Positions 39,813-54,330 are shown, counted from the first letter of the stretch. The stretch is 64,000 nt of DNA from Camelus dromedarius (GCF_036321535.1 NC_087436.1:57414001-57478000), one strand, 5' to 3'. Program-made: numbers and translations. The notes: a model not told the origin generated them from the letters alone.

Positions 39813-40889
39813 ACATGATTTTCATAGTTCAAAGTTTGGCTTTATTTTATGTTGAAGTTTGTTGAAGTCATGAAGGCCACCTCAACTCCCTAGCTATTTT
39901 TAAAAAGGCAGGAAATGAAAAAGAAGTACCATTATCAAGGAGAGGATTAAAAACATCCAAAATTGTCAGCCTAGAATTTCAGAAACATTAACGTACTCTA
40001 GACTAGAGGTAATTGGTTCTGAAGTGAACTTGTCTTCTTTATTGAAAAGGAAAGATTATTGCACAGTCTATTCCAACTCTAAAGAAGCAGTACCCCCAGA
40101 ATCATTAGAGAATCCTCATCTAACTGGAAAAACTTTCCCTAAGTTTGACTCATTTGATTCTACTAGGAGGCTGACTATTGATTTCTAGAAATCAAGGGAT
40201 GGAAAAGACTCTTGAATTAATGAAAATGGTTCATGTACAGTTCTATGTAAATGTAGATAAATTGATTAGGGGGAAGGTAGGATTATACATTGCTTAGGTC
40301 ACAGAGTTTACACGTCTTACTGACTTGCATACCAGACACCTAAGGTATTTCTTATCTCTTTTCAAACTGGGGAGAAAGGGCTAGTTGTAAGAATGGCAGC
40401 ATTTAAGAAAAAGTCAAATATTTATACTAGTTCAAGTAATACCTAGAAAGATTATTTAGGGTCACATAAATATTGGAATATTTATGGTTACTTTCAGCCT
40501 CATTATTAAAAACTCACGGTGTCAGAAATCAATGCAACTTTAATCTCAAATAGTGCAGAAATCAAATTTGTTTATATCATTGAACACATTTATAGTTACT
40601 TATTCTGAACGAGGCACCATGTTGGAACTGAGGTTACAGTTTTGAGCAAGAGATGGTTTATATCCCCATGAAGTTTATCATTTTGGGGAGGAGGCAGGAT
40701 AAAACTAGAAATCAAGCAAATAATTAAATAAATAATCAATTATTGAAAATCATTTTTAAGTTCTAAGAAGGAGAATTATAGGGTGTTATAGCACATAAAA
40801 GTGTGACATAACTCAGGAATGGCCAAGAAATTCCTTCTGTGAATGACACTTAAGTGGAGATACAATCTGTACTTTAAAAAAGGGCCCAT

Positions 40890-42360
40890 GATGACAGGAT
40901 AATTTGTTATCCACATGGAAAAAAACTTACAATTGGATCGCTATCTCACACCATACACAACAACAGATTCTACAGAGATTAAATATCAATAAAATGAGAC
41001 TATATGGAAAAATATTTAGGATAGGGAAGGATTTCTTAAAGAGACAAGTACAAACCATAAAGGAAAAGACTGATAAATTCAATGAAAAGAATGACAATAA
41101 AATTAGAACTTCAGAGCATGAAAGGATAGTATCAAAGGAGTAAAGAGTTAAACCATAAAGTGGTAGCAGATATTTGCAACACATATACACACACCAACAG
41201 CAAAGAAATAGTACCTTTAATATATGACAAGAACTCTATTATTCAGCAAAGAAATAGGAAAGTAACAGTATAAAAACGGGTTAAGTTATTAACAAGTAAT
41301 TTACAATAGAGAACATACAAATAGAAAACTAACAACTGAAAATATGCTCAACCTCAGAAATATCAAACTAAAAATCCCAATGAGAAATGTTTTTACTTCC
41401 ATTACACATAACACAAATTAAAAAGTGTGATAAGTATTAGTGAGGATTTGAGGCTTTTTCCTTTATTGCCTTTAGTTCTTTGTTCACTTTCTCAGTACAG
41501 TTTTCCCTGATCTATTTAAAATTTCATCTCTCATCCCAGCAGTCGCTATCTCTTTTTCTTGCTTTATTTTTATCTACATTACTTCTCCCATCTGACATAT
41601 TATGTATTTTATTTATTTCTTTTTTTACCCACATTTGAATGCAAGCTCCACTTAGACAGAAAGTTTTATATATTTGGTTTATTGCTATATGCTCAGTGTC
41701 TAGGACACTCACTTGGGTTAGCAATATGAATGAGCAATTTACTTCTATAAACCACTGAGGCAGTATCTATTGATATGCCTTGGAAAGCTATTTGCCAATA
41801 ATGTTGAAGATACACTTGCCAAGAACTCAGTGTTTCCAATTCAGGTATATTCTCTCCAATAAAGTATTCTCGCCAAAGGAGATATGTACAGTAATGTTCA
41901 TTTTAGCATTATGGTAATAGCAAAAAGTTGGAAGCAATACAGGCACCCATCTATAAAATAATAAGCACAATTTAATGTATTCCTACATTGGAATACTAGA
42001 GCAGTTAATGTAAATGAACTAGATCCACCTATAGATCAACGTGAACACATTTCAAAAACACCATGTTGAGAGGAATATACAAGCTGCAGAACTATGTCTA
42101 CAGTTTGGTACCAGTTGGAAAGGCACGATATATTGTTTATGAATACATTAGTAACTAATGCAGGTTTATAAACATGAATGCCAATGAAAAGCACCAAATT
42201 CAGGATGGAAGGTTACCTTTAGGAAGAGAAAGAAGAATAGGATTCAGGTAAGACTACAGTTAAGGCTTTTTATTTATAATGTTTGATTTCTTAAGCAGGT
42301 TGCAGAGCACATGGACATCTGTTATTTGATTCTTTCCACTTTTTGGATGGATCTGATAAA
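40890..42360 (+). mobile_element. Degenerate L1M ORF2-end/3'UTR, interrupted by an L2-like piece (~41455-41735)
   Basis: TTATCCACATGGAAAAAA...TATCTCACACCATACACA, GATATTTGCAACAC, ATGCTCAACCTCA, AATGTTCATTTTAGCATT...GCAAAAAGTTGGAAGCAA, AATGAACTAGA. No intact ORF. Confidence 0.75.
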
Positions 42361-45300
42361 TATATATGAGGTACCAGCAACAGAATTGGTAGTAGATTGG
42401 ACCAGGAAAGAGTAGGTGAATGCAATTTAGATATCTTAATTATTCAAATTTAGGGAAACTAAATAGATAAATATCTAAGTTAATAATTATTATAGAAAAG
42501 AATGATATGCTTTATAAAAGAACTGAATGCAGGATTTCTTTAAATCTAGGCATCTTTTGTGTATGAAATCTATCCACAAGAAGTCAATTTACATATAACA
42601 GTCCAATTACATTGAGTAAGAGATATCTAGAGTTAAAACTTTTGAAATGTTTACGTTATTAGTATTCATTTGCAGAAATAAGAATCAATTTAATAATAAA
42701 AAGTCTAATATAGGATCATTGTAGCAGGGGATAACCGTTCTTTGGGAAAGTGCTAATAAAGCTAGTTAATGAATTCCATATAGAAGTTGCTTACAGCTAG
42801 AACTGTAAGACCAAATTTTATGTCAGACTGCTTAATGCATCTTTTAAATATGCAGGTTTCTTCTGGAGAATACAGATTAATAAAATGTCTTTAACTTGCA
42901 GAGTCTCTATATATTTTTAAAGCAAAACCCACTGAAGAATTTTTATTCAGGACTTACAAAGAGAAAAAAGTTAATAATCTTGAATTTAACAAAACGGCAT
43001 ATCTTTTCTGTGTTCAAGATAATGTAAATTGTAATAATCATCACAGACCAAATTACCATATTCTTTTTTTTTTTAACCAAGTCAGAAAATATCAAATTGT
43101 TTTCTAAGCATTACTCACTCTAATCTAGAAAGTGAGTTCCTGGAATATACTGATTTGTATAAAAGGAATCAGTCTGCATTGCCTCCCTTGATACATTTTG
43201 GTAATTGTTTTTCTAGCATGCATCCTATAGAGCTTATAATTTTTTCCCTCAGACACAAATGATTTCAAGGCTTTAGCTCTAAGACCATTCATACTCTTTC
43301 AGAAATAAAGTTCTTGATCTCAAATCATTCTTTTTCCAATTTTCCTGGTAGATGGAAGTAGAGAAGACATGCAATATGATTGCTCAATATAGCAAGGAAT
43401 AAAATATATTAAATACCAATCAAATTACTTTTTACTCTTATTCATCTTAGCATGCAATGGACTGAAGGAAGAAGCTTCCTTCACTGGGGTAAGTCTATAT
43501 CTAAATGTCAAAACCTATAACTCTGCGTGAAGGTTGCTTATTAAGAATTTGTTATGGTTCATTTTACAATGACACCTTCATATTCAATGGTGTCAGCGTT
43601 TGGAGCTGCAATCCAGGATCAATTCATCTTGGCATTAAAAGGAGAAGGAAAAAAAGCAAGGGAGAGAATTGGTAGCTTTACAAGAGCATATGGAGTCATT
43701 CAAAGACGAAACAGATTCATTATAGTGCACCCACACAATCTCCTTCCAAACTGCCCTTCCTACCCCCATCACAAACAGCAGGCACACTGCACTGCCAGTA
43801 CCAACATTCATCACCCACTGGAATACAAAACAGCTTTAATGACTCATTTGCTTAAGCAGCTAGACTATTTCACAGTTTTAGATCACGTGCTGAACCCTTA
43901 CATAAAGTTGCCCTGGGGGCATGGAGCTTGGGGTGAGAAAAACAAGAGAGGAATTGCTTTAAAAATATTTTCTTCCTAGAATTATCTCCGTTTTAAACCA
44001 TAATCAAGCCCTTGGAAAGACACTGTTAACATAGCCTGGAGAATGAATGGTGAGGTACAGAATGAGCTGCTCTGTGACTAGCTGCATCATTCACACATTA
44101 CAAGAGCCATCATTCTTACTCAGTCCTCTAAGGTGATTTTTAAAAATGACGCTTAATTCAGTCAATTAAAATGTTCAAGATTAAATTCTTCATAGTGAAA
44201 CTGAAATTGCTGAAGAGATTATTAATGAAAAATTACCAAAAAATCCTTTTAATGTTAGGATAAGTTTTATTTGTATATGTCAATGAAGCTATGTATGATA
44301 CGGTTTACATGTAGAAAATTTTCCACTTTCGTATCTAGGAAAGTCCAGGAAAAAACCACTCAATATTAGAGTAATTCATAATGTCATACACTTAAGAGGC
44401 TTGAAAGTTATCCAAATGTAAAGTGAGACATTAAGGAATTACAATAAGAGCACAGACTTCAAACTACCTTTGAATAATTAAAAAAAATAGTATACTTAAT
44501 CTTGTTGATTTTCTAGAGTTTTGCTGCTAAAAAATTTCTTAACTCCATTATTTTAAATTTCTGCCTGACACACTCAATCCAATTGAATAAGGACTTATAT
44601 CTAGAAAGTCACTGAATATGAGTTAGTTACGAGTCTAGGTTCCCAGTACATGCACCACACTTCAGAATCTAGCTGATACTGAAGTATTGGAGTCCTGGTT
44701 CATGAGGTTTTGTACCAGATCAAAAGAGAGAATGTTTGAATGTCATGTACTTTACATTATAAATTATAATCAATAATGAAAGAATTACTTGAGTAAAACA
44801 CAAAAGACTTCTCAGCTCTTTAACTTTTCATATTCCAGGACTCTAGGTCTCAAAACCAGGGTTCTCTCCTTCAGAATCAGACTATCACACAGCTAAAGAC
44901 AGCTCCAAGGAGAGCTCCTGGTTTAGAAAAACTTCGGTTTTAATTTTGGCTTCTTCATCTGACCAGCTAGCTACCCGACACTTGGGCTAAAACTAATTGG
45001 CCATTTTGAACTTGAGGTTTTCATTTTCAAAATATAGATGGTAAAAGCTTGTGGGACTCTCCTGAGGAATCAGTGTCCAGCATAGTTCTTGCATAGTCAA
45101 AGCTCAGCACCTGTGTGCTTCTCACAATTTCACTTTTTAAGAAACTGTAAGAGAACATATACTTCTCCCTTCTTAAAGGTAGCAAATACCTTAACAACCC
45201 ATTAAAAAGGGTTACATTAAGGTTAACAATTTTGGTATGTCCAAATTGTGTCTTAGCTGTTGAATTGTTTTATTTCATCAAAGCTGCTGAACTCATTTCA

Positions 45301-45589
45301 GATGCTTTAACTGCATCTTTCTTGACTTAAACATATATAATATATATTTAAAAAGATAATTCACTTTATATTTTTTCAAGTTGGTTTCTCAAATACTTCT
45401 CACAATGACAGTATTTCTTGCAATACTTACAAGTATTTATTGCGGTATTTCTCCTAACAGACTACTTCATTGGTGCTACATTAATAATAATAGTAACAGA
45501 TATTGACAAGTTGATAACAGTAGTGTGCTGGCAAACTGATAAGCCAACATATGTGAGAGTCACGCTATCACTTTACCTTTACTCATCAC

Positions 45590-45770
45590 TTTCTCATGTA
45601 ATTTTCATAACAACCACTAAAAGCAGGAGTTGTTCTGGCCACTTATTTGCAAGTAAGGGAATTAAACTTTAGCGAGGTCTAGGAACTTCCCTTAAATCAC
45701 ACAGTAAGTGGCAGAAGTAGGGCGTGAACCCAGGTTTGCCTGCTACTAAAGTATTTGCTTTTAACCAATC
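45590..45770 (-). mobile_element. MIR SINE
   Basis: TCACACAGTAAGTGGCAGAAGTAGGGCGTGAACCCAGGTTTGCCTG...GCTTTTAACCA. Confidence 0.7.
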
Positions 45771-45964
45771 AAGTCATGTTACTTCTTTTGAACAGTTATA
45801 AGTGTGATGAATACTTCTGAAGTTAAACAGACTAACACAAACTTCTTCAAACTTTAAACAAAAAGTATAATGAAAAACTTTGAAACTTAGCTTATTCCTA
45901 ATGATGCTCAAATTTAACATTACAACATTTTATAATGCTATTATTAATTAATCTTTAAGCATTA

Positions 45965-46100
45965 TTTTTCTTTCTTGTCTTTTGTAGTGGGGGGAGGTAA
46001 TTAGGTTTATTTATTTATTTTTTAATGGAGGTACTGGGGATTGAGCCCAGGACCTCATGCATGCTAAACACGTGCTCTGACACTGAGCTATACCTTCCCC
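45965..46100 (-). mobile_element. Camelid-type tRNA-derived SINE (vic-1-like)
   Basis: The reverse complement reads GGGGAAGGTATAGCTCAGTG (A box)...GGTCCTGGGCTCAATCCCCAGTACCTCCATTAAA (B box), then an A-rich tail. Homologous to the copies at 50621 and 62124. Confidence 0.88.
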
Positions 46101-49100
46101 TGTAATTTTGCTTTTTTAACAGACTTACTTCAGAACCTAAAAACCAAAGTGCATTTGTTTTTAATACAACTTCTGTTCAAGTTATCACTTCAGTTAGCAC
46201 ATTTCACTCTTGTGGATCGAAATAGAGCCACATTTACTTTCACATATGTATTTTCATGTTCTTATTATAGAAACAAAATAAATATATATCAGAGTCTCTT
46301 CTGCTTTTCTCAGACACTGTGGACAAGTACAGTTTATTAAATCCCACAGAAACAAGCTGTGGTGTTGGTCTGTTAAATGTTGTTACGAATCAGTTAAGCC
46401 CGTACATGCTTGTTTAGTCACATGTACTAACTTAGTATATTGATGGGTTGTTAGTGGAAGTATCTAATGTAATAGAATAAGACTTGAAAACTCAAAGTGA
46501 TTCCAATAATCATGTTGAAGGAGACAAAAAGAAATAATCCATTTAGTGGTTAATAAAGGCACACAGCAAAAAGTTGAAAAATGAACATGAAATATACGAC
46601 TCATTGCTTTTCTTGGGATATGTACAAGAAAATCATAATTAAGGGTTTTGACCAAAAATATTTTGTAAACTTTTATAGTAAGCATAGTTCTAATATGAGT
46701 AGAATTGAAAAAATTTTTAAATAAAAAATAAAAAAGAATGGTGTTTCTTTTTGAAGTAATTGACTCATACACGCTAGCATTTGTCACTATATCTTCCCCT
46801 TGATGGTAAATTAAAATATGGATGGTAACGGAGTTCTTGCATGGAAGAAATCCACCCTGACTTCTATTGAAAGCACTTAGGAGCAAAATGAACTCAACAG
46901 ACCAAATTCCTGAAGTCTCCAGTGAGTGTGACAGTCATTGGCCATGTCCGTCTTTTGGCACTAGATAAGGACCTGAGTTCCTAAACTTGATACGTAGCCT
47001 ACAATCTCTCTGTTTATTGCTCATGAGAAACAGCAGTGATGAGCCTACCGTTTCCACTCTTCAACTATAATGCATGAAGTATTTTGCCTAAGAGCCAGCA
47101 AACTAGTGAACTTTTCAGGAAAGAACTGCTTCTCACTGCTTACAGAAACATTTACTCTAATTCAGTCATGAAATCTTAAAAATATTAGAAACGCTTGGAC
47201 TCACTTTCATTAAATTGATCACATTAAAATCTTTGTCTCCAAATTCCATAAACCTAGAGTACTTCAAATATCCAAGACTGAGCTGCTGAATATTTATAAA
47301 AACACTGAACAGTCTAAAGATTCATATCTTCACTTTCTTACAATAACTTTATTGGTTTTTTTTTATTGTTGTTTGTTTTTTGCAGAACATAATGCTTAGA
47401 AAGAATAAGGTACAGTGGGTTAATGAAATCTGATAGGAGTTCTTTCTTCAAAACTCCATTCTTGAATATCTATAGTATGGAGAGCATTCTGTCTGCATGA
47501 TCTTTGTATAAGCCAGTGAAGGCAGATTTATACACAATTAAAATACTATAACTCTGGATATAATATATGTTGTAATAAAAGTAAAAATTTGGGATTATAT
47601 AAGAGGGAGTGATTAATGGGAACAGGAAAAGCTTTGTGGCTAAAACTGACATTTTGAGGAAGACCTTGGAAGGTGCTGAGGATTTCAACGGAATATAGAG
47701 GAGGGCTGCACTTCTACTTTCAAATTCGATATGAAAGGTGGACCTGGATTTGGCAATTATTTGAAAGTTTTCACTAACATTTTAAGACAGTTTCAAAGAT
47801 TTTAGTCTCATTCATTCTTCTGTGACTGTCAGCTCAGTTCAATTCATTGTTGTAAATGCCAAGAAAGGAGAATTTTCCACGAGTATCAAATCCTGCAGCA
47901 ATGTCAAACAGCATGAATACTAGAAAGAGGGCACTGAGTGAGACAATGAGGAAGCCATTTCTATTTTTGCAGAGAGAAGTGTTAGAAGTGGTGAAGTTAA
48001 TTATTGAGAGCGGAAAGAACTAAATGTGAGTTGAGGAAATGGTGACAGTTGATGCAGAAGTGGAATGTACTTTGAGGGAGAAACCAAACTAAGTAAAGGG
48101 AAGAAATCAAGACATTCAGTGTTGCAAGAGGGTAAAGATCAGGGTCCTCTGGGGTTAAAGAATGGATGATGCAGAAGGGTAAGAGATACGGTCAGTGTAT
48201 AGATGTCAAATAGGTTATACTCCATGAGTTTGGGGAAAAAGTCTGGAATACGTTGCCCTGCTTATTCATTATTTCTAAAGTACAACTATCCTAATGGCCA
48301 AAGAACAACTGGTTGGACATAAAGGCATTTAATTATAATTTGCCCCTACGATTTACCAGTTTAGCAGAATAAAAAATACAGTATGTATTTGCATTTCCTT
48401 ACAGTTTTGTCTAAAATATTTTACAGCTAAACTTTTGGGGTAACAGCTCAGAGTCCTTGCAGGTGTTTCATGAAATAAAAAAAAAAAAATTACCTCCTTG
48501 CTTCCTTCTCTGAGCTCTGAAAATTACAGAGCATTTTCAAATACATTATATCTTTAAATGGCCACATAACCAATAAGAAGAAGATGGCCTTATCACCCTC
48601 TTACAGTTGAGGAGGCTAGTGGCTTGGAAAGATTAAATGACTTGTTGAGGGAAATACATCTGAGAAGTGGCACAGTGGGCTCTTCTGTTCTCCTCCTCCA
48701 ATGCTCTCTGGCTGTCTCCCAATCAACTGCCTTGATCCTTTCTCCAGTAACTGCCTCTTGAAGGACAGACATAAATAGTTAGAGAAATAGAGCCAAGGAA
48801 TGATAACGTAGGAGTGATTCTCAGCACAACTAACATACGTGGCAGGAGGAGACGAGTGTACTAAGTTATCTTAATTCCATCATGGTAGTCATTATTTATT
48901 GTTCGTTTCCTTCTTTAGATTCCTCTAGAGTTTATAAAAGCAAATTTGCAGTAATTATTTGACTTGTACAGAAGAAATGTGCATTTATGACTAATCAGAC
49001 ATAAGCATTCTGGCTGCTTAGTTCCTTCTCAATATAAATTACTCTTACTGCATTTTGATTTACTCTATTTCAATTATGTCAATAGAATCCAGTCCCAGAT

Positions 49101-49589
49101 GAAGAGTGTGTCAGGTAAGTTCTGAATGAATTTTCAAAAATACATGAAGTTGAGGCTAAGGGCTTCATTTATGAAAAATGCACCAAAGTATTTTCCACAT
49201 TCAAGGCTCCTCCAGAGCACTCAGTTAGTCACCAATTTGACACTTTTCTGACACAAATATTTGGAGTTTGAGATCTTGGAGGTAAGCACATCCAAATAAT
49301 TATGAATTCATGATACTATCATGTATGTGTGAGTACTTGAGGTGAAATAGGAAGGAAAGTCACCAGATATAAAGAGATGACGTTACTCTGAGGAGAGTTT
49401 CATGGGTCATGAATGTTAATGTCATGTTTGCATTTTAAGATCATGGGTTTCAAAAACTGTCAAAGCCAGGGAGAGAAGTCAATTGAAGATGTGTAAAGGA
49501 TTGAAACTGCACTCTCCTCTGGGTGGAAAAACCCAAAGGTCTATACCTGAGTGCTTCAAAGGAAGAGGTGCCAGATGCAGGGAGTAAGC

Positions 49590-49798
49590 TTTTTTTTTTT
49601 TTTTTAATTGAAGTGTAGTCAGTTACAATGTGTCAATTTCTGGTGTACAGCATAATGTTTTAGTAATGCATATATATAAATAACCACTATATACAAAAAT
49701 ATATTAAAAAAACAAGTTTCTTCTGTATAGCACAGGGGAACTGTATTGAATATCTTGTAACAGCCTTTAATGAAAAAGAATATGAAAACCAATATATG
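49590..49798 (-). mobile_element. Young LINE-1 3' end with 5' inversion
   Basis: Poly(T) at 49590-49605, then the antisense L1 terminus AATTGAAGTGTAGTCAGTTACAATGTGTCAATTTCTGGTGTACAGCA. From ~49678 the sequence is sense-oriented L1 3'UTR, CTGTATAGCACAGGGGAACTGTATTGAATATCTTGTAA...GAAAAAGAATATG. Confidence 0.85.
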
Positions 49799-50620
49799 GA
49801 AGTTTACTTTTAATCAGCGTGAGGAGGTGGAAGATCAATTGAAGTTACAGAGTAAAGATATATGGGACCTTGATAATAATGATGTGGAAGGTGCTTGGGG
49901 TTCTGGGGAAGAGATAGTGAGGCGGTTGGTGGAGGTACGTGGCCAAGGAATGGGTCAGGATGAAGTGGGAGTGAGCACATAGCAGTGCACAGGAGAGCAA
50001 TATTACAGAAATAAACTGCCCTTGAGAGGAAAGGCAATGGGTTGAGGATGAAGATGAGAGATGTGTATAGTGACTGATGAACACGAAATCAAATGTCTTG
50101 TGAATTGTTTCTTTTCTACCTGATATTTAAATGTTAGCTCTACTGCTTTCCTGTTTGGTCCAAAACTCTTCTTCTTTTTGATTACAATTCTTCCAGTGCT
50201 TCTCATATCTCTCTTAGGGCTTTTTTAGTCACTTCTAGCCTTGATCTATATGGTTCTTTGCTCTTCATTTTCCAATCATATTTCCCATCTTTATTTATAG
50301 CCCTTGGATCCTCTGGGACTGATTATCTTTTACAGGCTGACTTCAAGTTGTTTTCTACTTAACATACTTATTTAAGACATTTGGTTCTATAATAGGGAGG
50401 TATTTCCACAATATATATTTTTTTTTAGTTTTTTATGGCCCCAAATTACTGATGTTGGGACCCAATGTCTGCACATTACCATGGCCCTTGAGTAATGGTT
50501 AAAAACTATACCTCTCAGTTTGTTTCATACAGTAATATAGTATTAACGATAATTTGTCACAGTATTTCAATTTTTTAGTGCAGAATTTGGGTACAGAAAA
50601 ATGTATTTGCTACTATTCTT

Positions 50621-50710
50621 TTTTTTCTGTTTAATGGAGGTACTGGGGATTAAACCCAGGACCTCATGCATGCTAAGTATGTACTCTACTATGGAAGTAT
50701 TCCCACCCCC
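50621..50710 (-). mobile_element. Camelid-type tRNA-derived SINE (vic-1-like, short form)
   Basis: Same body as the 45965 copy. TSD TGCTACTATTCTT (50608-50620) versus TGCTACTACTCTT (50711-50723), 1 mismatch. Confidence 0.9.
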
Positions 50711-51939
50711 TGCTACTACTCTTAACCATGCTCAGAACAGTACCATTTAAAAATGTATATTTTCTCCTAAAATTTTAGACTGCTTTTCAGCTTTTTGCTA
50801 TATAGAATGAAGACTCGTCTGATGTCAAATACTTTAAATAGAAAGCAAAACAGCTTGATAATTTTACAGAAGAAATATTCTGAGGGGCTCTCTAGTTTTC
50901 AGGTCATAATTCTTCAACCAATTTTCACTGGAGTCAAACAGATCCATCTCTGTCTTTTTGGATTCTAACATTATACTGAGGGTCTAGTTGGGTGAAGCAG
51001 ATGTCAAAGATGTTAAACAAATGTTCAGTTTACCTCATCCAGATAGTACTGTGAATTACAGAGTTTCTAAATGCAACACTAATCTCAGCCTTATGAGTTT
51101 TCCTTTGCTTTTGGAAGTTAATAAAAATAAGTAAACAGCTTCAAAGTGTTACACATATTCAGTTTTGTACTTTTAGAATTTCTTATTAATGCAAAGTCAA
51201 CCTTTAGAAACCTTTAGCATGCCTATTAAAAAAAATAGCAAACTGAGGGACGGATGGATTGATTTATTGAAATGTATAGCCTAATACAGTAGATCTTAAT
51301 TCAACTGAAAATCACTAACAAGCTGTCTAACTTGCAACTGCTCTCCCTAAATGAATCTTTCACCATATTTATATTGCACTAAGTAATGATGCTTGTAGAT
51401 AATCATAAAAATTAATAAATGAGTTAATGAGGGCATTCCAAGTTATAATCTGCATGAGAAAACATAGTTAACTATGGTTTAGTGAATGAGGCCAATCTTC
51501 AAAAACTAAATAGTTATTGAAAAATAGCATGCTCATTCCCTCATTCAATGAAGAAAACTCTATGAACATTTGTCATGTGTAAGTTATTGCTGTGCTGGAT
51601 ACAGGAGAGCTTTAAATGTAGTAGAAGAGATAGAACATATCTTATAAGACTATGTTATTACATTACATATTATTAAAACTAGAAATTATTTACACAATGG
51701 CTTAAACAGCTTGAGGCTGAGTATACATGATTCCAAATACTTGAATACAAATGGAAAACTCTGAAAAAAATATAAAAGGTTATTTAATAATTATTAAATA
51801 AGATGACTAATGCGAAGAACTATGGAAAATAGTAACTAAAATTTATTGAGCTTTTTTTATGCAGCAGATGCATTTTACATGTACTAAACTCAATGAAATC
51901 TCACAGTACCTCCATGAGGAAGTTTGTAGCGACTTGTCC

Positions 51940-52312
51940 AGGTGTGTCCTCACCTCTGTACTTTTGCATTTGCTGTTCCCTCTGCCTGGAAAGCTCTTAC
52001 CTTAGATACCCAGTGGTTTGCTCCCTCATTTTCTGCAGGTCATGAGTCAAATGACTTCTCAGTAAGGTCTTCTTCCCTGATCCCTATTCTAAATTTGCAA
52101 CTCATCCTCCAATTTTTTTTATCTCTCTCTTTTTTTTTTCCTTGAGCATCTATACCCTGTTAGTGTACTGTGTATTTTATTCATTTGTCTTTTTACTGCC
52201 TTTTCCCTCATTTGAGTGTATGTTCTGTGAAGGTAAGGATGTCTCTTTTTTCACTTCTATGTCCACGGTTCTTAAAGTAAATGTGTTCAATGAATATTTG
52301 TTGAATGAATGT
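51940..52312 (+). mobile_element. L2 LINE 3' end
   Basis: TTTGCATTTGCTGTTCCCTCTGCCTGGAA...TCAAATGACTTCTCAG...TCAATGAATATTTGTTGAATGAAT. Confidence 0.85.
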
Positions 52313-53629
52313 GGTAAGGACTATTATAATCACACAATTTACATTTAATAAGAATCTTTATATTTAATATATTTATATTTTTTATATCAGTATATAACAT
52401 TACATAAGCTATATCTCATGCATGTGTATGTGTACATATACATACACATACATACATTCTTATTTTAATATTTCAGGATACATCTAGGATGTTCTGGGAT
52501 ACATCTATCTATCCATATGTATATATATGTGTATGCCACATACACACATTCTCATTTTAATATTCTGAGATCTGTCTTATATAAGGTATATATGATATAA
52601 TTTATATATAAATCATAAATTATATATCTTGTATACATCCTTATATGCAAATGAAAATAAAATAATCTCTAACATGTAATCATAGGCATTATGATTTATT
52701 TTCTATCTTAAAAATGTGAAATAGCACACACCGTTTTTGGTTTAGACATAATAATAGTGGGTATCATTTTTAAAGCATCTATAAATTACAATACGAAAAT
52801 TTTTTGCAAATATTTATTTTATAGATGAAAAATACTCAAACTATGCAAAGTTAAATAACTTATTCTAGGTCACAAAGCTAAGATTTGAACTCATATCTGT
52901 CTATAGCCATACCTTAGTTACTTTTAATTATACTTCACTGTTCTTCTTGGTTTAACATTTCAAATGTAATGAAGTACCTGCATTTCAATTATTTTCTGTT
53001 TTTTTTTAACTTCTGTACCCAGACTGACTGACCACATTAAGACAAAAATAGCACATCATAAAATACTTTGAATTTTCTAATAATTATCTTTTAGAAAACA
53101 GGAAAAGAAACTTTTAATTATTTCATGCTCTAAATACAATTTATTCTAATCAATTTGTCATTTGTCAACATTTAAAGAAGATCATCATTAGGCTTTTTTA
53201 GAAATTTTAATGTAAGCAATTAAATCAATTATGAAAATAGATATTTCAGGACAAATTGAAGATAATATTCATTTGTATTTCACATTTGAAACAAACAAAA
53301 TAACGATACTAAAGCTACTGCATATGTCTTTTGCAATTGGAAAAAAATTTCAAGTGTTTATTGAAAGCCAAACAAGTTAAATACATATTTCTATAAAAGG
53401 CTCTTAAAAGCATACATCATCATATTTTTAAAATGAAGGCTTATATATAATTAGTGCATTCTATTGTAATGATTAGTTTAACTTTCCAGTGAGAGAAAAA
53501 GACTGGAAAGAGTTAAGGGTGCGTATTTAGAATCCAACTTTGATGAGCCAACCTCATTTAAATTTGTGATGAGAATATTTTTTTCTGGTTCAATTGTTTA
53601 CTATTTTCCTCAAGAACTTATTCATGACA

Positions 53630-54330
53630 GCTCATTAGGAAAGCAATTTGCCAGCTTTTATCAAAAGGCTTCAAAATGTTTAGACCCTCTGATTTAGTAA
53701 TACATTTCTGGGAATTTATGCCAAGATAATAATTTGAAATTTAGGAAGAGTTTCATACACAAATATGTTCACTGCTATGTTGTTACTTTATTTTAAAATA
53801 TTCTGAATTGCAGAAATAAAGCATACTCCTTAAATAATGCAGAAGTATAGACAGCAAGGAGAGACTGGGCTTCTCAGTAGCCCCTTCTCCCACCCTTCCT
53901 TAGAAGTTATACCAACAATTTGTTTTTTATAGCCTCGAGACATTAATTTTAAGAAAGTATATTATATACAAGCATGCCCATAACATTGTTTCTCATAAAT
54001 GGGATCTTGTCACAGGATCAATGATTTTTATAAAAGCAAAAATGAAGATTTTTTGGGGTATAGTCACTGTACAAATTGTTACACAGACTTTAAATGTTTG
54101 CAAAGAATTTATAACATAAATATGTACATTCTGTAAGAGAGAAACTTTCTTATACTAAGAGAGAAACAAGATATAAAATTATATATGGAATTATAGTTAT
54201 GTATACACTTTCATACACACACATTCCAGAATAAAATAATTCAAAATTATTTTTGAGTGATAGGCTATTGGGTGATGGTTATCTTTCTGATTTTTCTATA
54301 GTTTACAAATTTGCAGTGGCAAATGCAATG
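53630..54330 (+). mobile_element. Degenerate L1M fragments
   Basis: GGAAAGCAATTTG...CCCTCTGATTTAGTAATACATTTCTGGGAATTTATGC...ATGTTCACTGC. Confidence 0.55.

Noticed and set aside
40904..41143. 79-aa ORF with L1 ORF2-like residues
   Set aside because: A decayed L1M remnant, not a gene.
43775..43800. miR-214-like start ACAGCAGGCACA
   Set aside because: Only the first 12 nt match, the remainder diverges, and I see no precursor hairpin.
49086..49120. Possible 29-nt microexon AG|AATCC...TCAG|GTAAGT
   Set aside because: The donor is a strong consensus, but the acceptor is weak, the length is not a multiple of three, and there are no partner exons or recognisable peptide. Spliced RNA-seq reads would be needed.
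52370..52650. AT-rich (TA/CA) region with partial internal duplication
   Set aside because: Low-complexity slippage product with no further structure.
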